From Tubulanus polymorphus (Eukaryota > Animalia > Nemertea), in NCBI RefSeq assembly GCF_964204645.1, contig NC_134026.1, forward strand, positions 27,066,150 to 27,130,149: 64,000 nt of DNA, written 5' to 3'. Shown piece by piece: positions 37,421-49,764 of this stretch. Each line of letters opens with the position of its first letter. Positions within the stretch are counted from its first letter, which is position 1. The translations under genes and the position numbers were made by a program. The notes beneath the pieces were generated by a model. It had not been told where the DNA came from and did not search any database. It saw nothing but the letters and a program-made list of their open reading frames with translations.

Positions 37421-37464
37421 TGACGTCACTAGCCATCGACCAAAACAGGCTTTCAACCTTTTGC
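37421..37464 (-). repeat. Right TIR of the MULE
   Basis: TGACGTCACTAGCCATCGACCAAAACAGGCTTTCAACCTTTTGC is the reverse complement of the left TIR with one mismatch. Confidence 0.95.
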
Positions 37465-37473
37465 ATTTTCAAC

Positions 37474-38816
37474 ATGAATTTTGTTGACTTTTTATGTTAT
37501 TTTGCTTTTGGGTCATTGTTTTTTCCATTAATGAATTTGGTAACAACATTTTTAGTCAGGAGGATAGACAATCAAATAGATGAAAGCTCTGTCAGTGATA
37601 TTAGTGTCAAGTAAGTTTCACAAAAAAGGATCCATCAAATCCGGCCATATCCAATCCACTCCATCTCCACTGATGATGTCAATAAAAGTCGTCGATGGTG
37701 ATACAGTTTGACAGAGTTTGCACTTCCAATTTTGAATCAGTATCTAGTATCACCCCACACTATGTAAAAAAATGTCGATAGAAATTGATACGCGTCCTAT
37801 ATTCTAACCGATTGATGAATTGTTTCTATTATTCTCTCAATTTCTTTCAGATTGGTTTCAGCATTTCATGGAATATTGGGCTGCATTATTGGAGTTGCTA
37901 TTATGAGTTCATGTAAAAATGATATCATCCATTCCAGGTAGTGTCTAGTCTAGTGAGAATGGCCACAACATCAATTTGGGGCTTGGCATTTTTTATCCCA
38001 ATCCTCAAAAAGGATGGAGCTCTGAGCCCCTTGATTCAGCCACCCATGGTTAGTAATTCTATAATTTCTAGAAATTGGTTGACAGAAATCTATGCTGCAT
38101 TTGGGTTATCATATATGGTTTATGACGTATTTGCTATGTATGTTACACACATTCTCGACAATCCTCAAATCAAGAAGTGGCAACTGCACAAAAGAATTTA
38201 CCACTACATACATAAAAATAAGCTGATTTTGTTGCATCATACTGGTTTACCATTCATCTATGTTCCAGTCATTTTTGTGAGTAGAAAATCAAGCAATATG
38301 TCTACAATTACCGTACCGGGTATACATATATTTCACTTTACCCAGGATTACAAGATCTTTGATTTTGTCTTAGTATTTCAGAAATGGAAAAGGTGATTTC
38401 TTTATTGGTACTTTCTTCACAATGGAAATGGCTGTTCCGTGTATTTCATTTAGATGGATCATGCTAAGGGTAATTAGATTACCATTCATAGATAAACAAT
38501 TTGATCAATTTTGGTCTAACAATCATATATATGTCATTATATTTTTCAGCTTGGAAGAACAGATGGTTTAGTATATGTCATTAATGGTTTTCTGATGTTA
38601 CTGTTTTTTACTATATCCAGAATATTAATTTTTCCATTTCTCTATTATGTGTACAGTTGTTCAAGCGAAATGACTATACTACAAGTGGTGTTTACCATTC
38701 CAGTCAAGTGTAACATCGGTTGCTTGATTTTGTTAGTTCTGCAGGGATACTGGTGGATCCGCATGGTCTTTGGTTTCTGTAGATTTGCTAAGAAAATTAT
38801 AAATAAAAGGTTATGA
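37474..38816 (+). CDS. TLCD3: TLC domain-containing protein 3 (FAM57 family), 5 exons
   Basis: MNFVDFLCYFAFGSLFFP...LVSAFHG...SSCKNDIIHSR-NWLTEIYAAFGLSYMVYDVFAMY...LLHH...GKGDFFIG...ME...NGFLMLLFFTISRILIFPFLY...IPVKCNIG...QGYWW matches FAM57A/B. Confidence 0.88.
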
Positions 38817-41800
38817 TGTTAGTTTTCAAGTGCCTGACCAATTCAGTCAAAGAAACATCGAACCCACTAAGTACTGTTTTTCTTTTATTGTGGGTTTATT
38901 CTTAAAGAGGATATGAATTCAGAATGATCCTATCAAATGGCGGTAATATTCATAAAATGAATATGTAGTCATGTTATTCTATGTGTAATTTAATCTCATT
39001 TTACTAGGCTCGAATTTATGGATGATTAATTTCATCCATAACAGATCATGACATGTACAATCAAAGCGACAAATGCTCAACAAATGAAATCAGTATCTAA
39101 TGCATAAAGAATGTGTGAAATTGTTTCTTTCATAACTAAGAGACGACTTAGATTATTTTTGTAGTATATACATGTATCGTAGCTTTGTACCAGTATTTTT
39201 TCCATTTCTTTCTTTTATACCATCTAGAGTACTATAGTTGTGTATTTATCCGTGACAGTTGTAAAATGAAAATATGTGAAATTGAAAGTAAATGCTTGTA
39301 CCGGTATATTTTACTACCGTCCACTGAATTGTTTTCGAAATATTTATGTGGAATCTTTTAATTCATTAAACTATGAATTCTTGAATCTTTTTGTTGGTTA
39401 TTATCTGCATTGGCAAGTTGTACGGTTTCGAAGAATTTTGGAATAGATGGTCATCATCACACTTCTACTCAGTCCTGGATGAAGTGTTGTATCCATGATG
39501 ATCTATGTCGCTCTACTTTTCTAGTGCACCCAACCTGTGCTGTGGTTACGTCTGACACTAAGGTTCTTGGTGAACATCAAAATATGATTTTCTATTGCTT
39601 GGATGGATAAGCTATATATGATGATTGAATGAGAAATACCATCGGAACATAGATATAGGTTTAACAACCAGACATTGATTTCATCCCTCTTATTTACATG
39701 GATTTATTGAGTAATCTATTCCTGGCAAGATAAGCAGCTCATGAGGACATGATAGGTAGCATTCAACCTTAAAGACTAAATAAATGCTTCATATATATCT
39801 CTATATATATATATACATACATACATATATTTCTCCACCTTGATTAATACTTTTTACAGAGGATCGCACTATCTGTACTCAATTCTTTCCACAACCTGTT
39901 CTTTTGTACTAAAAACCTGATTGGCTATAGTTCTGTAAGTACTTATACGAAACTTGTTACTGTTAATTGAATTCTATAGTACCATAAAAGGTCGATGTAC
40001 ATGCATCTAAAAATAGCGTAACAATGATACCCTTTTAGACTGTCCATTCCTGGTTCACTGGAGTAATCTGACCATAAACAAATGCAGGTTGATTCCCATT
40101 TTGTCTTATTTAAAGTTTCCTCAAAATAGCTTAAAAATAGATTTCTAAAAAGCTTTTTCTGGATTAACCAACGAATTTTTAGTATCATTTTCTGGAAAAT
40201 TTTGCAATACAAAAACATAAAGAAAGCAATATTTCAGAGAAATCTATAATGTGCTTAGATTTTAACTACTGGGGTACTATTCCTAGAATGTGGCAATACT
40301 AATGCCATGTCTGGCAATAATTACACCACTTAATATATTAGCCCATTTATACTAGGATAGAGGTACAGGAATTTATAACGATTACTTAAGGTGTACAACT
40401 GTATTTTAAAGGCGCCAAGAATAATGTCAATCAACTCTTTAGCAAAACCAATACAAAAACAAAATGATTTTTTTGTTGACATTCATATTTATTACCATAA
40501 TAACTACATTAAAATCTGTTGTATTTAAACAATGAATTATGTACAATATACAAAATCTCCTCATAATAAACTGAACATTTATTAAATATATACAAACAAT
40601 CATTAGACCACTGCCTGAGGGTTACACTTTCAATCACTGTTCTAAAAGACTTAAACTTGGAACAAAAATGTGTATTCTCATTAATGCTACATGTATGGAA
40701 ATGCTCCCAGAATAGCTACATATTGAAATACAACATGTTAGAATAACAAAATACCAAATACAACGGATCATTCATATTACCTTTGGCAATAACTACAGGA
40801 CAATGTAGGATATCTTTCAAATTCATAGTGAAACATATTCCACACAGTTCACATTAAATCAGTATAGTTGACGATTACACTTTTGTGACGAAAAAATCAC
40901 TCAAAATACATAACTAGAGAAATGAAGAGAAACAAACTTAGAAAATAAAGAAATCTGCTCTCATGCATTGACGTTAGTCATGGAGCAACTCTTGTCAAAA
41001 TCAATTAAATGCTTAACAAATCCTGGTACATTTCATTGTTGAGATAAATTGAAAATAAACAAAGAATAGTACCCTGAAATCACCAAGTGGTCCCTCAGAA
41101 TAAACTATGATAAAATTGGGAATTGGTTAAACATCTATATGAATACAAATGAATCTTTCATTCACTCTTATCAAACTGAACAGTTTCATTACAACCAAAA
41201 GTAACTACTCAAAATAAGCTCCTTTCTATCTATCTACTTACTTAGGAAAACCAATTGACAATATGACACATATTTGTAGAAGTTAATTATATCTCACCAA
41301 ATTCAGATGAAATGATTAAAAAATCTGGGCCCTACCATCTGTATAAGACCCGATCACTGGTAATGGCAGGATTCTTATCAAGTATTTACAAACAATATTT
41401 CATAAACAACAATATTCAATACTTGGCAATATTTCCACCAATACTTAGACAAAGTAGGAAAAACTAAGTCCAAAGGTTACTGAATGCCAATGAACTTTCT
41501 AGACCTATATCCACTACAGACAAAAAAGGAAACCTTCACTATTTTTGTTATCAACATTGGCTCAACTCCATACAGTTTTTTCTATACAAATGTATCACTA
41601 ATTATATCTACATATATTAGACTTATAGATACCAATATCTATTTCAATGCTGCTGTGAACTCTGAATGACAAGTCAAGCCCCAGCTCACCACATGTGTAT
41701 AAAAAAGTTCAAAGACTGCAGGGAGCACCGGATAATAGCTACATTCAAGTACATAAACAAACCATCAAATATTATTGGGAAATACAGCTGGTGCATACCA

Positions 41801-42597
41801 GGGTAGTAATGCAAAATTTCATAATTTTACATGCACTGCAAATGGTAGAATCATTTCCTATGCTTTCTCTGTTAAACAATCAGTAAAACCAAAAACAGCT
41901 GCAGCCCATTAAGTAGAATGCCGGTGCTTATACGCCTACTAATTGAATGACCTCAATGTAACGAAATATGTCATGTGCTTGCTTTTCAAATTTGAGATAA
42001 TTATACGACACAATTACAGAAATCATCCATAAAAGCTTGAAAATTATTGATGTACATTGTACAAAATAAAAAATCCCATGTCCTAGCAATACCAATCAAG
42101 CTCCCTATCTACATTCTCTGTTCCTAAATTATACAAGTTTTTCAAAACCCAACTGAATCCTTCCCTTGCTCACTATAGTTTTGAATAACATGTGAGTCCT
42201 ATATTTCATTTAGGGATGGATGGATGGATGGACGGACACATGATGGTACGTAATCACATCTATTATAATGGATTGCAAGTTGACAGTTTATTGACAACCT
42301 GCATTGAAAGCAAGATATAATAAAGAGTATAATGAATGAAGTCTTAATAGAGCACCAGTTTAACCGCACAATCATCACGTCTGCCTTCCCCTCCTCCCCA
42401 AGCCCCAGTATTAAGAATGGTACCATGTGAAAATGAGTCTAGTATGAATATCATTGATTCAAGAAACATTAAGATATCGAAAGTTGAAACTATATGATCG
42501 AAACTGTTTGGTTTTACCAGTGTACTCAAACTAAACAACTATTTTACAATCATGGATGAGTAAATTCTTAGAAATTCAAAATCAGATTCTCAAAAAA

Positions 42598-44284
42598 TCA
42601 CAGATCTGATGACATAGCTGCCTGTTTAATTTCAAGAAAGGTTTTTATCAGATTTTCTAACCCGAAGAGGTAGCCAGTATCGGGGCCTGTGTGAGTTACT
42701 TTATCTGAAGGAAAACCCTGAAATGTTGTATGTGCGAAGTCAATCATTCGCACGTCGACTTTCGTACCCCAGTTATTGTCATCTTTGTTTTCACGAAGAT
42801 GATCCCTACTTCGGGAACGTTCCGGACTGCTATGCGCGCTTGTATCACTTTTACGATCAGAACTCCGAGGTCGATGAAGTCTATCCGATTCATCACTATT
42901 AGGACTGTTTGCCGAACTACTTTTACGATTCGAAACGCCAGAATTTTCTTTCCCGTTGTTTGACGACGGTTTCCGACAATTTTCTATTCGCCGGTCGCGA
43001 CCATCGTACATTATCAAAAGTGAACTGGAATAAAATCTATATGTGTTCTGTTTGGACAACAACGAATGCATTTGTTTCAGTTTTTCAACTATAAGCTCGA
43101 TCACATCTAATCTCATTTTACATCCATTGTGGAAAAACATAGTCAATGACTCAAGAAATCCTTGTTCAGTCAATCTTCGCCCGTAGTACTTATTTTTGCA
43201 CACATAATTCCCCGAGTTCAGTTGATAAACCTAGAAAAAAGGAGAAATCAAAAACAATGAAGCCGAAGATAATAACTACTCAAACAGATGATTCAAAAAG
43301 GGTTGAAAACATGGCGACTTCACATACCTGCATGCCACACACTCTAACTCCTAAAGTTCTAGATGTAGTTGTTGCGCAACGCTGTATTTTTGTTTGACGC
43401 TTTGATTCGGAATCATCATCCCCGTGTTGTCTCGTTCCCATTTTCAGGTCCAAAATACAAGGAAATTGTAAATGGGATACAACATTCTCCAATAAAATGA
43501 ATTCTTATCAATTTAGTTAAAGATAGATACTCGGTAATACGAAATTACATAAAATCAAAAGTGAAAGTTATTTATTTAAAAGAAAAGGATACTCTGAGAG
43601 CCAGTCGCCAAACAACCTTTCTGCAGTCTTTCAATGTGTTTTTTATGAGACCTGATGCTCCATGGATTCTGACTGTGCACAACTTGTTTGTCTTTGCCTT
43701 CATTTTCATGGTCCAAGCATTCGAAGGATAACGAATGAGAAAAAGCTGGTTTCCTAAAATGATAAGACAATCGCTATTCTAAACCCGACATTCTTCAAGT
43801 CATCTCATCGATTAGTGCCAAAAACTCTTACCCTTTGTTATCTCTACCATCTAATTTTCGAGGCTGAATTACGTCCTCCCCATCCGACTCAGAATTTCCA
43901 CATTCTCCACTCGACCCCGGTGAATTTCCTCGCAAATTCGACAATGAGCGATTTTTACGTTTTGGAACGAGCCCACTCGGATAACCAATCAACGAAATAT
44001 CTCCATCAATGTCTTCAACCACTACATCGACAACACCTACAAATGAACACATATTTTCAAAATAAAAACTGGCACATTCTGATTTAACTTTTAAGTCAGT
44101 CAATAGCTCTACCTCTATATTCCGGGGTAAATTCCATCAAACATTCAGGCATTGTCTGGTAGTACAGATGTTCGCGTGGCACCAATGGTTTACAAACTGT
44201 CGTTGAATCATATTTAAACATATAATTTGTCCCGCCCACTTGATGAACAAAGGGTACTAAATTCACTGGTTCACATTCTTCCAT
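42598..44284 (-). CDS. IP6K: Inositol hexakisphosphate kinase, 5 coding exons
   Basis: [78 protein letters not shown]. Confidence 0.95.
43504..43592 (-). other. U12-type (minor spliceosome) GT-AG intron in IP6K
   Basis: 5' splice site GTATCCTTT; branch site TCTTTAAC (43516-43523) about 12 nt from the AG; no polypyrimidine tract; splicing restores SQK-FILLENV. Confidence 0.85.
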
Positions 44285-47200
44285 TACTGCACAAGCATCC
44301 GAGAAAAACTGTCTTCTGACTGGCCTTCCAAAACTGTGTCACTGAAAAATTTATATCAAAAGCAGGCTAAAGCAAGACAAGACTAACAGGCAGGGGGCCT
44401 ATTTATTGCTATAAATGGTGAATTATTGGCAACTTTCCTTCAACTATTGCAGTCGAGCTTAAAATAAACATAATGGCTATATCTAAGTCGGCGTGAAAGA
44501 TCAGGTGAAGGGCCGCACTATAGAGGCCAAGCCCAAGGGAGTTATTGATTGAAATTTGTAGTGTATCAGCTATTGCTTAAACAAAACCATGCAAATCTTG
44601 GGAAATATAGCACTACTCATAGTGTAACTCCTTTAGGTCAAAACAAGTCTATGAAAGATAATAGACTATTGTTAAAAATCAATCATAAATCAATTTAATT
44701 CAAAAGAAATCATCCTCAGACATTTTATGACATTGTTTTACTCTAATTACACATGTCTTACCGATTAAAAACATATAAGTTCTTCACATATATCGTAACT
44801 CCAGATAATTGTGTTTCCTAGAAACCTTTTACTGGTGTAATTTATTAACTAAAAGATATTATGGTAAGATTTCACAGCAGTGTTCTAGCGATATTTACTT
44901 CGTCGATTCTGATGTAAAGCCTGTGATGTACAGGTCGCAGAGGAGTTCGGCGCCGCCGTCAACTGTCAGTCAAGTCCAACTATTTACCGACCAAGAACCG
45001 ACCGAGAAAAAATTATGCGAAGCAGGTCCTCTAGCGGGCGGGCCGGCGGCGGACTAGGACCCAATGTGTTGATACCTCACTCATCAAATATATTGAAAAT
45101 ATCATCATAATTTCATACCCATTATTTTATATGTTTTGTTGATACTTTGTTACCAGCACACGAAATAATTGTCAGTAAAAAGATCGAAAATTGATAGATT
45201 TTGTTCATACGGTGTGAAATGTAGGACCGGCCTTCACCATAATGGGATTATTTCAAGCCACAAACGATTATCTCGAAACTTGTAAAAAAGCTATCCCATT
45301 TAGAAAGCTGTCATTTTAAAATGAAATCGGACCACATATTCCAACTTATTAACGGTGTGGCCGCTCAGTTCGGATCTTCAAGACTCACACACGGCCGATT
45401 GTCCAAATTCTTTAACTAGAACGCGTGTACTGCTTACTACAGTCCGAGCTTCCACGGTTATCCTAAATTGCCACTCCTGACCTCAAACGAAAATGAACTG
45501 ACAATAAACCAGTGTTCATCTGAATGTATTTCTCGATTTATTTGCTGCTTGACTAAAAACAAATTTTGACTAGAAGATGTATACATGTGCGTCAGTAATA
45601 AAGATGAATTAATCCCTCTAAAAACTCACATTACACATCAATTAATGCAGTATCTATTATAATCATTCTCATTACATTTAAACACACAACAGCAACTTGA
45701 CAGTAAATTCAAAATATATAGCCTGTGTTTTCTTCAATATGAAATTTGAATTTACAGACATTTCAAGCTGGGAAAAAGATATTAAGTGCACCACTTAACA
45801 AGTTTATTCCAGTTATGCTAAATTGCAGACCCCATAAATCGCTAGTGCCAAAGATTTAATGAGAAACAGATTATCAAATTGTTAGGTAATTTCTGTTGTG
45901 TTAGAATAAAGAATTACTCTTTCTAAAGCTTGATTATTTTGCTCTCAATTATCATAATAAATAAATATATTTTTCGTATACAACGAATGCAATACGTATT
46001 ATTAATACATTGTTCTGTAATCAAAACCAATAAGAATATACCGGTACTTATAATTTATTTATGTATATAGAATAAATTATTGAATAAGAAATACTTTTTG
46101 ATTAACAAAGAAAATAATCAAATACATCGATCTGGAACAGCGCAGTCATAGCATACCATCCCTGATGGTCGTTTTAGGAAAAGATAAACACAAGCAAAAT
46201 TGGTCAAATTTTGTTATCAAAAACATCTCAGAACCTCTAACACCTGGTAGGAATTTACAGACTAGGGCCATTTAGCTTTAAAATTTGAGAAACCAACGAT
46301 TTAACAGAATTTGCTTTGAGCAATTGAGCCCAGCAGACTATCAATATGTGATCTTATTGGTACGTATCATTGATTTAACAGTTTTCATAAAAAAATACCA
46401 GAATGATTCTTGGTAATGATGAATCCGATCACTAAATGCATATTCATTTCCTCAACAAAATTGTCTGGGCATTCACCCATAAACTTATTTACAATACAAA
46501 ATTATTAATACAACATAACTATATCTGGGTTATGCGTTTTTCACACAAATCGTAACATTCCTTAATATTCCAGAGATTCCATTTTCAAAGAACCATCCCA
46601 CTAGAATAAAGGTATCAACCTTACGATGTCATTGTATTGTTCACAGTTAAGCAAGTAATAGAGTAGACCAACTACCTTCATACCTTCCATATATTTATCA
46701 CTTTCAATGTTGCGAGCCACGACTTGCAGGCTTCAATTACAACATGCAGTATTGTTGTTAGTTAGAAGGTGGCAGCAGAGTGATCAAATAACTGGAGTCT
46801 GACAACAATCATATTATGTGGAGGTAGACTTTACTGTAAGGTGACTAGTACAGAAATAGGGCAGTCATATGACAGCACAGTGGACTAGATATATACATAG
46901 GTTCTCAAAATAATGTTAATTCAAAATGATGATTCTTCTCTCAAATATCAATATCAACAGAATACAATAAAATGTGAATTACACATAAAATCTTCATACA
47001 AATTCTATAACCCAATGAAACAAACTGATATGTTCTTCAGTTCTCTGTTAAATAACTCATATGTTATAATTTTGAACTACTTGAGTCAACAATGTTTCCA
47101 GTTATATGAGCATTTATTTTACTGATTTGTATTCTCTTAATCTCAGAACATCATATGATTACATGTAATTCAGGTGACTGATGCATCTGTGTCATGAATT

Positions 47201-47599
47201 TCTGCTCAAATTCGAAAAAAAAAATTAAACATTGTAGTTCATTTCACTAAGCCCATAGTAGTCTTATCATTCATTCATAGTTCCAATCACTAAAGCTGTT
47301 AAGATTAGCTTTAAGACATGTTGTCAAACATAAATAACCTGTACATTTATGTCATGTAGAATGTTTTTAAAACATTCAATCAGCTATCAATTATGGAATG
47401 AGACAGCTCAGCAAGTCAATATTCATTGCATCCGTATTGGCCCACACATAATAAAAATATTGGAATGTACTATCCAAAATGAGAGCCTTCAATCCAAAGA
47501 CCTCATGATCACAACATAGCATAATTGATCCCAATCCATGTTAGCAATGATGAGACTGCTTCTATATCATTTATAAAACCAACACCTCGATTCGCCAGA

Positions 47600-49764
47600 T
47601 CAGTTTTGTTGTAAGAGTAATTGTTCCAGTTCATCTGCTGAACGATAAAGGAATGCCGCCGATTCTCTGTATCCAGCTATCAGTTGTTTTATTGTGGCCA
47701 CTTCTTGTGGATTAAGCGTATTCTTTCCTGAACCAGCGCCTTTTTTGACAGTCAAGTCTGCAGGTCCTAAAAAGTAACATGTAGTTAGTTTGCGATATCA
47801 AAATGGCGAGTTCAGTTCAGAATTAAGGTATTAGTGGATAGGACACCATTATATATCTTACCGTTTGGCACCTGACTTGTCAAAGCACTTTGTTGCAATA
47901 GTGGATGATTGTGAGCTGGATGTTGAAAAGCTGGAAATCCAGGCCGGAATAATCCATTACCATTTGCGAATGTAAAAGCTTGCGCAAGTTCATGAGGGGG
48001 ACGAAATGCAGTGGGCGGAGCGTGTCGTGCAAATTCAGATGTAGTCTGTTTTTCAGCTGCCGGTTGAACTGTAGTTTGTGATGTCTGCTGTGATGTTGAT
48101 GTGTTGAGATTTTGTTGCGTTGATGCAGATGCTGGTGAAGATGGAGGAAGAGCATGGGTCTGGAAAATAGATCATATTCAATATTTGGATCAGACATATC
48201 AGAAAATATTCCATAAAGATGATTAGCACTACTACTGGGGAAACGTAAAATATAGGTTTAAGCCCATTAAAAATTTCTAAACACTTGGACCATAGTATGA
48301 AACATGATTGCAGCAAATATGGAAGGATCATTAGTAGTCAAGATCTAAAAGAAACATTCACCACTTGACAGCATCACACCACTAGATCATTTATTCATGC
48401 TGAAGATCTATTTAAAACATGCATAAACCAGTATACCTGTTCCTGTGCCCCAGCCACCAGAGAGGGAGGTTTTCGTGTAACTGAGTCTACACTTACGGCT
48501 AGCGGTTCGAGTCCCATGCGCATACGCTTTGCATTTTGACTTTCATTTTCACACGCTTGTGCGAGAATTGATTCAGCAGCAGCTGATGTTAAGTGGGGTG
48601 GAGTCGGTCTCAACTACAAAATCAAGATAACAATGACTTAGAAGAAATAATTGGTTCATGTGGTTAAAAATGAGGTTTCACCTTGAGAAAAATTACTACC
48701 TCATATCAAATTCATGATACTGTCTGATGTAGTCAATTATTTGTATAAACATCTCAGATAAATTTCATCACAAGGAATTGAAAGTATCTTCCCAGTTTTA
48801 TATTTTGCTGGGAAGAGTTTACCGTAGTACAATACCTGTTCGAGTCCATTTGCATCTTTAGATCTTCTCATTCTGCGACATGATTTGAGGTATGTGCGAA
48901 TTCTCTTACGCGCTCGTTCTTGGAATTCTGGAAATTGTCGATTACACGCCTCTAATATTGCTTGCACTTTGTCTTTTGGCTGTTTAGAAATCGGAACTAT
49001 TCGATCCAAGTTTTCATCCACAAATAATCTTACAAACATCTGAAACCAATTACCGGGTAATGCATAATTATGTAATGGCAAATTATTGCAAATGTAGTAA
49101 GTTCTGTTCAGAACTTTATATGGGTCTGGTAAATAGATGCAGAACTTACATTAAATGACTTTAACCGTTCTGGATCGTATTGAGAAGTAATTTTCAAATC
49201 ATCCTCATCATCATCATCATTGTCATCTTCATCTTTAGTGTCATCTAATGCATCACTAGCTTTTGTTGAACTCTAAGTGAAGAAAGTCAAGGCTAATCAA
49301 TTATTGGAGACTAATAAACAACTATGAATCTCATTACAGACTAAAGACAAGCTCTAATAGATTAATGTTAGCATTTAAACCAATAAAAATGGAATGCATA
49401 CGTCTAGACTCAATTCATCACTAGCTCTTCGTTTTCGTTCGGGATGACCTTTCCCGTTTTGTTCTGTATCCGTGTTCTCTTTTTCTTCTTTGGACACTTC
49501 TTCATCTTTGACAGCATTTTTCACATCATTAGTATCCTGTTCCTCAACTGGTGTCGGGGTTCGGCTATTTTCAGCCGATAAACCTATAAGAAAATTCACA
49601 TCTAATAAATCCAATTGAAAAGGTTTTGCTACAGATTGTGTAATTACACCATAAACTTCGTCATTACTTTCTCCAGTTTCTTTGATATCAATTTGCTCTT
49701 CTTCAGCAACCGCTGGAGATGCATGGTCAACACTTGCTTCGCTTTCTGCACTAGACATGCTGTC
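47600..49764 (-). CDS. NOL4: Nucleolar protein 4-like (C-terminal exons; 5' exons further upstream or unresolved)
   Basis: [112 protein letters not shown]. Confidence 0.9.

Larger units (their letters stand above)
25701..37464 (-). mobile_element. Full-length Mutator-like (MULE) DNA transposon, 11,764 bp
   Basis: 44-bp TIRs (25701-25744, 37421-37464), 43/44 identical, with G...C termini. 9-bp TSD ATTTTCAAC (25692-25700, 37465-37473). Internal DDE/SWIM transposase ORF. Confidence 0.93.
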
